Source: an uncultured Gammaproteobacteria bacterium
GTDB taxonomy: Bacteria > Patescibacteriota > Patescibacteriia > UBA11705 > JABHMO01
DNA: 64,000 bases
Direction: 5' to 3'
Assembly: GCA_964590105.1 (NCBI GenBank)
Contig: CAZPYM010000002.1
Location: forward strand, 26,697 to 90,696
Shown one piece after another: positions 45,552 to 55,611 of the stretch (its first letter is position 1; each line of letters begins with the position of its first letter). The position numbers were made by a program, and so were the translations under genes. The notes under the pieces were generated by a model. The model did no database searches, was not told where the DNA came from, and saw only the letters and a program-made list of their open reading frames with translations.

Positions 45552-46957
45552 AATTTTTTGAGGTAAGAATAATTCATTTTTTCAGCCGCCTGCTTCAAAG
45601 CATCCTTGCTGGTCAGCCCTCCGGACAAAGTCGCATTCACCATATCGGAAAAAATTTGTTCCGCGGCCGCCGGGCTTTCCCCGCGATACCAGCTTTTGGC
45701 GGTTAATATCTGGTCGGCAAAAACAGCCAAATCATCGTCTGCCAGCTGTGCATTGATTAATTTGGTTGAACGCAGAGCCGTGGCTTTTTTTGATTTGTCC
45801 AAATATGTTACTACATTTTTCTCATCAGCCATGAACTGCACAAAATCCCAGACATAATCTTTTATCTTGGTTTTATTTGACACTGCCTCAACCCAATAAT
45901 TAGCATAATTAACTTTTTGGTTTTGTCCGACCTGGGGCACTGGCGCTATGCCAAAGTTCAATTTTGGCGCCTGCGCCAGGATCTGCTCGCGATCATAGGC
46001 ATAGCCAAAGAAATAGGCCGCTTTACCGTTTATAAAAGCTTCAAGCGAACCCGGCATTTTGTCATTCCAACAATATCCTTCATAAAGAGGGGAAGCGAAT
46101 TGGACATAATACTCAAGCGCGCCAAGACCCGGCGCGGATGCCAGGCCGGAAACCTGCTTTGGCATTTTGTCAAAAGTAACAGTACCTGATTCGTCAATCA
46201 TTGGCGCCAGATTCTGCATCATTAGAAGCGACAAAATATCAAAACTTCTAGCAACATTCGTTGCGGTTCCCATGGCCGCGCCGGAAACTAAAATTTCGCC
46301 GGTTGATTCATCTATCTTGGTAATTTTTTTTACCTGCTCCTGAAAATCAGTCCAAGTCGCCGGCGGCTCGGCAATGCCAGCGTTATTCAATAAATCATTA
46401 TTATAATACATCACCAAAGTATCCATATTAAGTGGCAGACCCCAGACCTGTTCGTTTCTATCTTCGTCATTAATAATCACATCATCAGCAACCACTTGTA
46501 AAAACTTTTTTCTAACGTCACCGGCTGTTAAAGATTTTTTGGTTACAAATTCCACCACCTCTTCTTTTTTCACGCTTCCCTTCATGTATTTTATCGGGGT
46601 CACGGTTTTTGGCGGCATGGGCAATAACTTTGTCTGATAGCGCGGCAACCAGGTGTTGTGAAGCGACATAATGTCAGGACCCCGGTCCTCGGCCAGCGCA
46701 TCAATCAATTCTTTTTCATATTCGTCATAACGCAATTTTCGATATTCGATCGTCACGTTAGGATGAAGTTGTCTATAAGCGCTAATAATATCTTTCACTG
46801 AGCTTTCATTATCAAAAACGCGCCACCAAATAATTTTTTCTTTTTTATAAGCTTTAATCGCGGAGGTATCGCCGCCCTTGGTGCAGGCAGTGGTGGAAAA
46901 AATCAGCCCTACAATCACCATGGCGACAAAAAATATTTTTGTTTTTCGGCTGGCCAT
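45548..46957 (-). CDS. ABC transporter substrate-binding lipoprotein (sugar-type SBP family 1)
   Basis: Lipoprotein signal ...IFSTTAC, 469 aa, with SBP_bac_1-like composition and length. It is co-directional with and overlaps the first pilin-like gene. Confidence 0.7.
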   Translation of the reverse strand: MASRKTKIFFVAMVIVGLIFSTTACTKGGDTSAIKAYKKEKIIWWRVFDNESSVKDIISAYRQLHPNVTIEYRKLRYDEYEKELIDALAEDRGPDIMSLHNTWLPRYQTKLLPMPPKTVTPIKYMKGSVKKEEVVEFVTKKSLTAGDVRKKFLQVVADDVIINDEDRNEQVWGLPLNMDTLVMYYNNDLLNNAGIAEPPATWTDFQEQVKKITKIDESTGEILVSGAAMGTATNVARSFDILSLLMMQNLAPMIDESGTVTFDKMPKQVSGLASAPGLGALEYYVQFASPLYEGYCWNDKMPGSLEAFINGKAAYFFGYAYDREQILAQAPKLNFGIAPVPQVGQNQKVNYANYWVEAVSNKTKIKDYVWDFVQFMADEKNVVTYLDKSKKATALRSTKLINAQLADDDLAVFADQILTAKSWYRGESPAAAEQIFSDMVNATLSGGLTSKDALKQAAEKMNYSYLKKL

Positions 46958-47133
46958 ATTTATTTTTTTGGAACCTCTGAAAGATATAGATTCGCTACGA
47001 AATTTTCAAATTTTAAAGCGAAAATTGTGAAAAGCGAGGAGGTTTAATAATTAAATTAAGCTGACGAGCTTTTAACAATTTGCAGCTAAAATTTGGAAAT
47101 TGCAGTAGAAGCTATATTTTTCAGAGGTTCCTG

Positions 47134-48003
47134 TTATAAATTTAAACTTTTTAAATATTTTTTAAATTCCTTTTTCAGGTCCGGTCGCTGCAGAGCCAGC
47201 TCAACATTTGCCCGCAAATAGCCCAGCTTGGAACCGGTATCATAATATTTGCCGTTTATTTTCTTGGCGTAGATCGGCCGCTTTTTCGACAGCCCAAAAA
47301 TCGCGTCCACCAGCCAGAGCTCTCCGCCTTTGCCCAGTTTTGTTTTTTCCAATTGTTCGAAAATATCCGGAGTTAAAACAAAGCCGCCAAGCGAGGCCAG
47401 AGTTGACGGCGCTTTTTCCGGTCCCGGCTTTTCCACGATTGATTTAATTTGAATAACGTCTTTCTCAACTTCCACTCCGTCGATTATACCATATTTATTC
47501 GTATCTTGCTTTGAAACTTCGTACGCCGTCAGAACAGGGTCGCCATATTTTTCATAAACATCAATCAACTGTCCCAATTGCGACCTTCCCTTGGTATAAA
47601 AAAACTCATCGCCCCACATTACTGCAAACGGTTCGTCGCCAATCAAATGTTTAGCACAAAGCACCGGCGTGCCGTTGCCGTACGGTCCCTTTTGTCTGAT
47701 ATAAATAAAATTGGCCATGTCCGCGATTCTTTTGACTTCCAACCGCATCTCTTCTTTGCCAATTTTCTTTAGATAATTTTGCAGTTCGTAATTATAACCA
47801 AAATGATCTTCCACCGCCCGCTTGCCCGAACCGGTAACCAAAATAATTGTTTCAATTCCTGCCCTCACAGCATCCTCCACTACGTATTGAACAATCGGCT
47901 TGTCAACAATGGGTAACATTTCTTTTGGCTGGGCTTTTGTGGCGGGCAAAAATCGCGTGCCATAGCCGGCCACGGGAATGATTAATTTTTTTACTGAAGA
48001 CAT
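47134..48003 (-). CDS. galU: UTP--glucose-1-phosphate uridylyltransferase
   Basis: KLIIPVAGYGTRFLPATKAQPKEMLPIVDKPIVQYVVEDAVRAGIETIILVTG is the GalU hallmark. Confidence 0.9.
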   Translation of the reverse strand: MSSVKKLIIPVAGYGTRFLPATKAQPKEMLPIVDKPIVQYVVEDAVRAGIETIILVTGSGKRAVEDHFGYNYELQNYLKKIGKEEMRLEVKRIADMANFIYIRQKGPYGNGTPVLCAKHLIGDEPFAVMWGDEFFYTKGRSQLGQLIDVYEKYGDPVLTAYEVSKQDTNKYGIIDGVEVEKDVIQIKSIVEKPGPEKAPSTLASLGGFVLTPDIFEQLEKTKLGKGGELWLVDAIFGLSKKRPIYAKKINGKYYDTGSKLGYLRANVELALQRPDLKKEFKKYLKSLNL

Positions 48004-48203
48004 AAATTTTTAAATAAATTACAAATTACAAACAATAAAACAGAAAGCACAAAGAAAATTATTCTAATTACTCTAATTATTTTAATTGACCTAAATAAAT
48101 CCCAATGACTCAATTATTCTAAATACTAAATTCGGGATTTGGAACTTAGAAATTATTTAGAATAATTTACCTGATAAATACTCTATGTTCCATGCCCTAT
48201 GCG

Positions 48204-48455
48204 CTATTTAAAGGTCATCGCGCTTTTGGCTTTCTTCAGTTTATACAAGAACTTGCAAAAGATCAGCGCCAGATAAATATTCAAGGCGGCCAAAAGGACA
48301 AAAAAGACTGCCACCAAAATAAACAGGGTCTGCGGATAAATTAAAATCAGAGCCGCCATCGCCGCCCAGATAATCATTTGAATAACAAAATAAATAATAA
48401 ACCAAATCAAAGTATTGCGCGCGTGGCTGTATAAACTTTCTACAAGATGCAACAT
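48204..48455 (-). CDS. small membrane protein (83 aa)
   Basis: Two TM helices. Intergenic flank 48010..48040 carries a partial copy of the ttgtaatttgtaattt repeat. Confidence 0.45.
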   Translation of the reverse strand: MLHLVESLYSHARNTLIWFIIYFVIQMIIWAAMAALILIYPQTLFILVAVFFVLLAALNIYLALIFCKFLYKLKKAKSAMTFK

Positions 48456-48689
48456 AATTTAAAATTAATAATTATTAAAGCAAAAATTTCTTACTTTTTG
48501 ACAATATAAATTATAGCACTTTATTACAAATCAGACAAAATCTTTCATTACCCGATTTGCGGCTGTCGCTGTTTGCCTCCGCTCAAGGATTGAGATCAAA
48601 TCAACGCTCCAACATTGGAGCGTTTTTAATGTCCTTTTTAAACAAAAAAAGGCCTTGAGTTTTCAAGGCTTTTTGCGAGTTTAATTTTC

Positions 48690-49007
48690 TCATCCATCAA
48701 CAATACCTACCTGATAGCCGGCAGCAATATTGACAAGCATATCAGCCTCGTGGCCAGTGAGCTTGCAAAAAACATGGGCCACTATTCGGCCGCGCAATAC
48801 TGCCAGGAACAACTTGGCAATGAATTCATTAAACTGATTCAGATTTTCAAAAACCAGCTCCTTGCCTTGACCAGGAAAAACCACTTGCAAGCGGATGGTT
48901 TTCCTGCCCGCAATCCGCCGCAAATGCGCCGAGAGCTTGCGCAGATCGGCCACGTCAGAGCAAACGATTTTCAGACTCAAAATTTCTTTGCCACCGCTAG
49001 GAGTCAT
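48690..49007 (-). CDS. hypothetical protein (105 aa)
   Basis: ORF with a downstream palindromic terminator at 48646..48678. No family assigned. Confidence 0.45.
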   Translation of the reverse strand: MTPSGGKEILSLKIVCSDVADLRKLSAHLRRIAGRKTIRLQVVFPGQGKELVFENLNQFNEFIAKLFLAVLRGRIVAHVFCKLTGHEADMLVNIAAGYQVGIVDG

Positions 49008-49170
49008 TTCATCCTCCTCTTTGTTAAACTGCCCTCAACTCATAATAATCTTTTTGCTTTTTTGTGTCAACACTGACGCTCGCGAAAAACGAAAAAACTC
49101 TTAAATAATTGGGTCTTAAACTTAGAATTACTCATACTCCAGCTTTTACTTTTGTAACCAAAAGTAACAA

Positions 49171-49321
49171 AAGTTTTGGGGGTAATTGATTCGCGTCAGA
49201 GCAACATTTTCGTGGTTATCCCTCCGCCTCGCCACATTATCAGAATTGATTTTACTTGTAGCGTTAATGTTGCTTCGTACGATAGCCGCGGCCACTGGCT
49301 CAACAATTACCCCCAAACCCC
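49171..49321. ncRNA. candidate structured small RNA (orphan intergenic element with long-range pairing)
   Basis: ttttgggggtaattg at 49174..49189 is perfectly complementary to caattacccccaaa at 49305..49318. Nested pair gcaacatt (49201) / aatgttgc (49266). There is an internal GUGG...CCAC hairpin with a CCCUCCGCCUCG loop. It sits between a terminator and the next gene. The strand is undetermined. Confidence 0.35.
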
Positions 49322-49395
49322 CACCGGTTAAATATGTCTTTCTCATTAAAAGTCTACGGCAATCAGTTAGTAAATTTAAAAAAATCCAACAAAAA

Positions 49396-49428
49396 AACAG
49401 AGCTGCGCAAACTCTGTTTTTTTATATA
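49396..49428. terminator. bidirectional terminator downstream of the RRM gene
   Basis: aaaaaaa-cagag-ctgcgcaaa-ctctg-tttttttat. Confidence 0.6.
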
Positions 49429-49442
49429 TTCAGTAGTCTAAA

Positions 49443-49703
49443 TTAATCTCTAGGGGCCATTGGACGAGCTTCGTTTACAACGATTGCTCTACCATTGAAA
49501 TCCTGGCCATTGAACATCTCAACAGCGGCTTTTGCTTCTTCGTCAGTATCATATTCAACAAAGCCAAAACCCTTTGAACGTCCTGTTGCTCTATCAGTAA
49601 TGATATTAGCTGACACAACGTTGCCTGCTTGAGAAAAAGTTTGCTTCAACTCATCTTCTGTAGTGTTGTAAGGCAAACTTCCAATAAATAACTTTTTTCC
49701 CAT
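49443..49703 (-). CDS. RRM-type RNA-binding protein
   Basis: KLFIGSLPYNTTEDEL (RNP-2) and KGFGFVEY (RNP-1). Confidence 0.9.
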   Translation of the reverse strand: MGKKLFIGSLPYNTTEDELKQTFSQAGNVVSANIITDRATGRSKGFGFVEYDTDEEAKAAVEMFNGQDFNGRAIVVNEARPMAPRD

Positions 49704-49917
49704 AGTTCTTGATTGCGTTTAATTTTTTAATGGGCTTGTAAGAAGCGACCTTTCCCAAAACAGAAAACATTTTCTCAAATCGCTGATTGCGCAAATCATC
49801 ACTTTTTGGAAAAATTTTACAAAAACTTAACAACTAACTTACAAACGCTTGATTGCAGTATAGCATGCCTGGCAATTTCTGTCAATAGCAGCCATTTTTA
49901 GCACTTTTATACAAAAT

Positions 49918-50589
49918 TTAAGGTTGTTCTACCGGCTCACCCGCATCAACTGCCGCGTAAAACTTCGTGTTATCGGACAAAAACACTATTTTCGATCCTC
50001 CTTCTTTGATTTCAATAGTAATGCTGGCCGCATCCTTTTGAATAATTTTTCCCTGCAAATTTGCGCGCGAAGCCGCCGTTCCTCCAACGCGCCCTTTTGC
50101 CTGTCCGGCCTGATCAGCTGTCCCTTGCTGTTGCCAAGTCCGACCATTAGCACCTCGCTGCTGTTGAAATTGCGCTCTTTGCTCGGGCGTAAGATTTTGG
50201 AAATTTGCGGGGTTATCCGGTTTTGGCGCGCTACTGTCGCTATTTTTTTGAATGTCAGTCGGCTGATTATCGGTGGAATCCACCCCTGCGCTTTGCGGTT
50301 TAGGCATTAAATCTTGCAACTTGAAATCTTCCGGCGCTACGATAATGCTATCTGCAATGATAAAATTATCAGAAGTTTTTCCCATAACAAAAACATTTAC
50401 CTGTAATTCAATTTGCGATAAATCAATTTCCTTAAACTTCTCATTATTAGTAAAAGGGTCAAAAACAGCCGCCAGTTTATCCGCATTTTGATTATTGTTT
50501 CCATTGGCTTGAACTTCTGCCGGCTGCTTGCCGGCGCAACCTGAAAGAGCAAGGAGCAGAGTAAAAATAACAACTGTTTTTTTGATCAT
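49918..50589 (-). CDS. lipoprotein, Gln/Asn-rich, unknown function
   Basis: MIKKTVVIFTLLLALSGCAG lipobox. Confidence 0.55.
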   Translation of the reverse strand: MIKKTVVIFTLLLALSGCAGKQPAEVQANGNNNQNADKLAAVFDPFTNNEKFKEIDLSQIELQVNVFVMGKTSDNFIIADSIIVAPEDFKLQDLMPKPQSAGVDSTDNQPTDIQKNSDSSAPKPDNPANFQNLTPEQRAQFQQQRGANGRTWQQQGTADQAGQAKGRVGGTAASRANLQGKIIQKDAASITIEIKEGGSKIVFLSDNTKFYAAVDAGEPVEQP

Positions 50590-50619
50590 ATAAATACTTA
50601 AGCTAGTTCTAAAATAAAT

Positions 50620-51846
50620 TTATTCATAACGCAGAGCTTCAATTGGATTCATCCTAGCTGCACGCCTGGCCGGATAATAGCCGAAAACAATTCCAATGGC
50701 CGCTGACACACCGAAAGCGAGCAAAACCGAGCTGATTGAGATCGACGTTGCCGTACCACTGAATTTTGTAACCAACCAAGAAGCCCCACAACCAACGATC
50801 ACGCCAATAATTCCACCAATAAAAGTCAAGGCAACCGCTTCTACAAGAAATTGAGAACTAATATTCCTGTTTTTTGCTCCGAGCGATTTTCGCAAACCAA
50901 TCTCACGGGTGCGTTCAGTAACCGTAGTCAACATCATATTCATAATACCAATCCCGCCGACCAAAAGAGAAATCCCGGCAATCGCCCCCAAAAGCAAAGT
51001 TAAAGTATCCGTAACAGAAGTCATAGTATTCATGATATCAGCCTGATTCATAATGCTAAAATCCGGACTTAGCGGGTCGGCTATTTTATGTCTTGTAAGC
51101 AATAAATTGGTAATTTCTTGCTGAACTTCATTCATCGCTTCCGCACTTTTTACTTGAACACTAATATTACTGACCGCCTGATTGCCGGTAAAATATTGCT
51201 GGGCAGTGGTAATCGGCACATAAACCAAATCATCTGAACTGCCAAAGCCAGTGCCGCCTTTGCTGGCGGTAATTCCAATGATCGTGAACTCTAAATTTTC
51301 TATTTTAATTTTTTGTCCCACCGGATTTGAATTCTCACCGAACAAGTCATCTCTGACCGTAGGCCCAATCACGGCGACTTTTGAAATTTTTTCTATCTGC
51401 TGATTCACCAGGAAAGCTCCGCTTTCCATTTCAATATTCTTAACAAGACCATAAAACGAATCAACGCCATAAATGCTGGTATTGGTATTTGTTCCTTGCT
51501 TGGTTTTTATTTGTTTTCTGGAACTAACGGTCGGCGCGACATATTCGATTTGATCAGATTGCAATTTTATTGCCTCAGAATCTTCAGAAGTCAGCGTTGT
51601 TGCCGAACCCGAACCACCTCTAACCACAGAACCAACATTTTTTTGCGAACCCGGCGAGACAACCAACAGGTTTGAACCAAGCTCTTGAATATTTGTCTCA
51701 ATGCCCTTGGCCGCTCCCTGTCCAATTGAAATCATGGCAATCACCGAACCAATACCAATGACAATACCAAGTATAGTCAAAATCGATCTAGCCCGATTAG
51801 CGGAAATAGCTAAATAAGTTTCCTGCAGTAGATCAGAAACCAGCAT
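50620..51846 (-). CDS. MacB/FtsX-family ABC transporter permease
   Basis: N-terminal TM, a large periplasmic domain, then three C-terminal TM helices with an FtsX-like block (RTREIGLRKSLGA). Confidence 0.85.
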   Translation of the reverse strand: MLVSDLLQETYLAISANRARSILTILGIVIGIGSVIAMISIGQGAAKGIETNIQELGSNLLVVSPGSQKNVGSVVRGGSGSATTLTSEDSEAIKLQSDQIEYVAPTVSSRKQIKTKQGTNTNTSIYGVDSFYGLVKNIEMESGAFLVNQQIEKISKVAVIGPTVRDDLFGENSNPVGQKIKIENLEFTIIGITASKGGTGFGSSDDLVYVPITTAQQYFTGNQAVSNISVQVKSAEAMNEVQQEITNLLLTRHKIADPLSPDFSIMNQADIMNTMTSVTDTLTLLLGAIAGISLLVGGIGIMNMMLTTVTERTREIGLRKSLGAKNRNISSQFLVEAVALTFIGGIIGVIVGCGASWLVTKFSGTATSISISSVLLAFGVSAAIGIVFGYYPARRAARMNPIEALRYE

Positions 51847-51851
51847 ATTTT

Positions 51852-52553
51852 TTATTTAATTTTTAAAATCGCTCCACTAATATCGGAAACAATTTTACCG
51901 TCTTTTATTTCTATCATTCGGTCAGCATGCTCGGCAACATATTTTTCATGCGTAATAATAATTATTGTATGCCCTTTTTCTCGATTCAACTTCTTAAATG
52001 TTTCCAGCACAATATCGCCGGTCTTTGAATCAAGGTTGCCGGTAGGTTCATCAGCCAAAATCAAATCAGGATCATTAATCAAAGCTCGGGCAATAGCCAC
52101 TCTCTGCATCTGTCCGCCGGAAAGTTGATTTGATAGATTATGCCATCGACTTTCTTCGAGACCCGCAGAAATTAGAGCAGCTTTCGCTTTTTCATAACGA
52201 GCTGCTCTCGGAGTCTTATTGTCATACAACAAAGGCAAAAGCACATTTCTAAGGACAGTGGCTCTCGATAAAAGATTAAACGACTGAAAAACAAATCCAA
52301 TCTTTTGCGATCTTATTTCAGCCGACTCATCATCCGTTAATTGAAGTACATTCTGATCATTTAAATAATAACTTCCACTGGTCGGCCGGTCGAGCAGTCC
52401 CAAAATATGCATTAGGGTGGATTTACCCGAGCCTGATGGACCAATAATCGCCACAAATTCTCCCTTTTTAATTTCAAAACTAACATTGTCCAGCACTTTT
52501 ACTGATGTTTCGCCAGTTTTATAAATTTTTTCAACATTTTCGCATTTAATCAT
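51852..52553 (-). CDS. ABC transporter ATP-binding protein (MacB/LolD type)
   Basis: GPSGSGKST Walker A, LSGGQMQRVAIARAL signature, ILADEPTGNLD Walker B. Confidence 0.9.
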   Translation of the reverse strand: MIKCENVEKIYKTGETSVKVLDNVSFEIKKGEFVAIIGPSGSGKSTLMHILGLLDRPTSGSYYLNDQNVLQLTDDESAEIRSQKIGFVFQSFNLLSRATVLRNVLLPLLYDNKTPRAARYEKAKAALISAGLEESRWHNLSNQLSGGQMQRVAIARALINDPDLILADEPTGNLDSKTGDIVLETFKKLNREKGHTIIIITHEKYVAEHADRMIEIKDGKIVSDISGAILKIK

Positions 52554-52629
52554 AAAATAATTTCATTGCGTTATTCCCATTATGCTACGCTCGGATAAAT
52601 TTCTATATTACAAACACAAACAATGCTAA

Positions 52630-54504
52630 TCACTGCATTATCCTCATCATGCCGCCCATAGAGCCACCCCCGCCTTGCGGCTGAGCGGCGCTGCTGGTTG
52701 CAGTACTACTAGAAATTGTTTGAGTAATAATCTGGGCGCCTTCTTCTATTCCTTCAGTGATTTCTATCATAGTATCATTGCTTTCGCCTGTTACCACGGT
52801 TTGTTTCTGTGGCTGATTATTCACCAAGATTTCAACATAACTGGTTGCTCCTTGAGCTTTTACCGCGCTGAACGGAACCATGAGAACATTCGGCTTAGCG
52901 TCCGTGACAATGGAAACACTGACGCTCATTCCCGGTTTTATTCTGTCATCCTGAACATCAAAAGCGATTTTCACGCCATAGCTGACCACTCCTTGCGAAA
53001 CAGTCCCGAGAGTATCTATTTCCGCAACTTCTCCGGTGATGGTTAAATCTGAAATTGCGTCAAATTCAATATTGGCCTTTTGTCCTGATTTAACCTGAGC
53101 AGCGTCATTTTCATTCAACGTAAGCTGGGCAATTTTTTGGTTTGTAATCAACGTTCCGACAGTGGTGGAAGAGCTGACTGAATCTCCTTTGGCAATATTA
53201 AATGAAGCCAAGACGCCGTCAAACGGCGCTCGCACTGAATAATCCGCCAATTTTTGCTTTGTATCATTTAAAGAGTTTTCTTTTTGCTGAATGGCTAATT
53301 TTTTATTTCTGATTGAAAGTTCATCCGCGCCCGCTTTTGTTTTTACTAGTTTTTCTTCCAACTCCTGCAAACTTCTTTGCTTTTGCGCTATTTCAACCGG
53401 ATCATTGATTGCCGCCTTGGCCAAGTTATCATCAGCGTCAATAATTGTCTGCTTATCTTGGCTTATTGTTTTTTGAATAGCTAACAAGGTGCTCAAATGA
53501 GAATTGATCTGGCCCAGAAACGAACTGAGGCTAGATTGATCTTTGGTCACCTGGCTGAATACCTGCAAGCCATACCCATTTCGGTATTCAACCCAAGCGT
53601 CGAGCAAGTTAATTTCATTTTTTGTAGTCCCTGATACGTTTTTTGCTGTTTCAATTGTTTCGTCCAAAAGAGTTTCAATAACTTCCGTGTCAGAATAAAG
53701 GTTGGCGCTCTTGTAATTGCTACTATTGGCATCGTAAGCTGTCTTGGCCGTCGCATAACTGGCTTCAGCCGAATTAAGAAAGGTGTTTTCAAAAGCAGCG
53801 CGCTCTGATGAATGCGTCGGCAAAAAAGAATTGCCCAGGGAATCCACGTTTATCGTATTATTAAACTGTGCGTTGCCACTGCTCAAGGTTTTGCTGTACA
53901 AAACACTATTAAGTTCAGTCATAATATCCGGCAAATCCAAAAACGCATTGGCTATTTTATTATATGCGTCATTATATGCAGTTGCGAAATCTTCTTCCGC
54001 CGTTTGTTTCTTCTGCTGAAGCGCTTGAACAGCACTTTCCTGATCTTGTCCCAGCTTGGTCAAAGATTCTTTCGCGCTGGTTATTGAATTCTCTGCCTGC
54101 AACAACGTATAAGAATCCACCGGCGCCAATAACTGTTCCAAGTCTAATTTCGCCGTTTCAAGACTGGTTTCCGCGTCCTTTACTGTTTGATAAGCGCTCC
54201 GGCTGTCTATTTGAGCGAGGAGCGCGCCCATTTTTACTTGCTGGCCGGTTTTGGCGTTAATATAAGTAACATCGCCGGAAGCTTTAGGTTTTATGTCGAC
54301 TTGATTTGACGCCAGTACCTGGCCACTACCAGAAATTGAAACAATTAAAGGCCCTTTAACAGCCGCCGCCGTAATATATCTTGGCGCTGTATCACTTGGA
54401 GTCAATTTCTGATACCCAAAATATCCGCCGACAATAATCAATGCCAGGCATATTACTGTTATTAACTTTTTCCGAAGGATTAACTGAAAAAATTTAGTAA
54501 ACAT
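52630..54504 (-). CDS. HlyD/MFP-family periplasmic adaptor with extended coiled coil and Gly/Met-rich C-terminal tail
   Basis: N-terminal TM, a long coiled-coil region, beta-barrel/lipoyl-like segments (VKPGMSVSVSI), and a C-terminus QPQGGGGSMGGMMRIMQ. Confidence 0.7.
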   Translation of the reverse strand: MFTKFFQLILRKKLITVICLALIIVGGYFGYQKLTPSDTAPRYITAAAVKGPLIVSISGSGQVLASNQVDIKPKASGDVTYINAKTGQQVKMGALLAQIDSRSAYQTVKDAETSLETAKLDLEQLLAPVDSYTLLQAENSITSAKESLTKLGQDQESAVQALQQKKQTAEEDFATAYNDAYNKIANAFLDLPDIMTELNSVLYSKTLSSGNAQFNNTINVDSLGNSFLPTHSSERAAFENTFLNSAEASYATAKTAYDANSSNYKSANLYSDTEVIETLLDETIETAKNVSGTTKNEINLLDAWVEYRNGYGLQVFSQVTKDQSSLSSFLGQINSHLSTLLAIQKTISQDKQTIIDADDNLAKAAINDPVEIAQKQRSLQELEEKLVKTKAGADELSIRNKKLAIQQKENSLNDTKQKLADYSVRAPFDGVLASFNIAKGDSVSSSTTVGTLITNQKIAQLTLNENDAAQVKSGQKANIEFDAISDLTITGEVAEIDTLGTVSQGVVSYGVKIAFDVQDDRIKPGMSVSVSIVTDAKPNVLMVPFSAVKAQGATSYVEILVNNQPQKQTVVTGESNDTMIEITEGIEEGAQIITQTISSSTATSSAAQPQGGGGSMGGMMRIMQ

Positions 54505-54507
54505 AAA

Positions 54508-55101
54508 TTATTTTATGAATGAAAATCGAGAACCTTTTGGCGGCTTTGGCAAACTCTCTGCCTCTCCGTTGAAAACGCGGATGAGCTTGGCTTCAATCTG
54601 ACCGGCTTCATTTGGAGACCCGATGATGACAACAGCATCGCCTGTTTTTAAATTATTTTCCACAGTTTTCATTCCTGTTTTAATTATTGTGTCTTGGGTA
54701 ATTATAACTATTTTTTCCATATCGCCCCGTCCTTTAATCACAAAACCGTTTTCTTGAAGTTCAATAATCTCTCCAAAGGCACCATGCCCTTCAATAAAAT
54801 CTCCAGGCAGTGGTGGCGCGCCCCGCCAATCTTCCAAAAATCCGCCTTCTGGTCCGGCAAAATTTTTATGATAATTCTCCGCCCAACGATAAGAATATCT
54901 TGCCTTCATACCACCGACCATCATACCGGCGCCGAATATCAAGATGAAAACAGCAAAACCGGCCAAACCGACGATAACCCATTTTAAAATTATACGCAAT
55001 GAACACTCTCTTAGAGTAGCGCAATCAACTCCCTTTAATTTTTTATCCTCTTTACAAGAAGCTGGATTTTCTTCTTTGTTAATTTGTTTTTCTTTGTCCA
55101 T
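54508..55101 (-). CDS. hypothetical membrane protein
   Basis: One TM helix. Co-operonic with the efflux genes. Confidence 0.45.
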   Translation of the reverse strand: MDKEKQINKEENPASCKEDKKLKGVDCATLRECSLRIILKWVIVGLAGFAVFILIFGAGMMVGGMKARYSYRWAENYHKNFAGPEGGFLEDWRGAPPLPGDFIEGHGAFGEIIELQENGFVIKGRGDMEKIVIITQDTIIKTGMKTVENNLKTGDAVVIIGSPNEAGQIEAKLIRVFNGEAESLPKPPKGSRFSFIK

Positions 55102-55116
55102 AAAATTTTATTGTTA

Positions 55117-55536
55117 TTAAGCAAAACTTTGTTTTAGGTATCCAAATAGCAATTTTTTCCGATATAAAAATAAACGAAGCGTAAAAATGGCCACTGCCAA
55201 ACTGAAAAAGAAAATTACTATGCTTGCGATCGGCAACGACTCCAATATGGCCAGACAAAAGTCTTGCCAAATGGCAAAAAATGTATCCAGATCGCCCACC
55301 GCTGCTGAAAAGAAATAAGAGACGCCCGAGCTTTCCATTTGTTCCGCCAGGATTGCGCCGGAAATTGGCGTAGCAATCAAAGAAACCAATAATAAAACCA
55401 AGAAACCAAATAACAATCGCCTGGTTTGCCGACGCTCCCGCTCTTTATTGATGGCAATAATAATCCTATCAAAAAGACCCCGGGACGGTTCCGCGGACTT
55501 AAGATCAGTAAATGGTTTTTCTAAATTTTGACGCAT
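55117..55536 (-). CDS. putative anti-sigma factor (membrane protein)
   Basis: Immediately downstream of the ECF sigma gene, with a cytoplasmic N-terminus and two TM helices. Confidence 0.45.
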   Translation of the reverse strand: MRQNLEKPFTDLKSAEPSRGLFDRIIIAINKERERRQTRRLLFGFLVLLLVSLIATPISGAILAEQMESSGVSYFFSAAVGDLDTFFAIWQDFCLAILESLPIASIVIFFFSLAVAIFTLRLFLYRKKLLFGYLKQSFA

Positions 55537-55611
55537 ACTCTATATGTTAATACGAACAAAGGACGCATTTTGGTGCATCCCTTTATTCTATTTATCTAAT
55601 TTTATTATTAT

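Noticed and set aside
49171-49330. tmRNA (ssrA) hypothesis for the structured intergenic element
   Set aside because: The 5' end GGGGGUAAUUGAUUCGCG loosely resembles a tmRNA acceptor/D region. However, no GGUUCGAAUCC-type T-arm, no CCA-proximal acceptor 3' strand and no plausible tag-peptide reading frame ending in a stop could be found on either strand.
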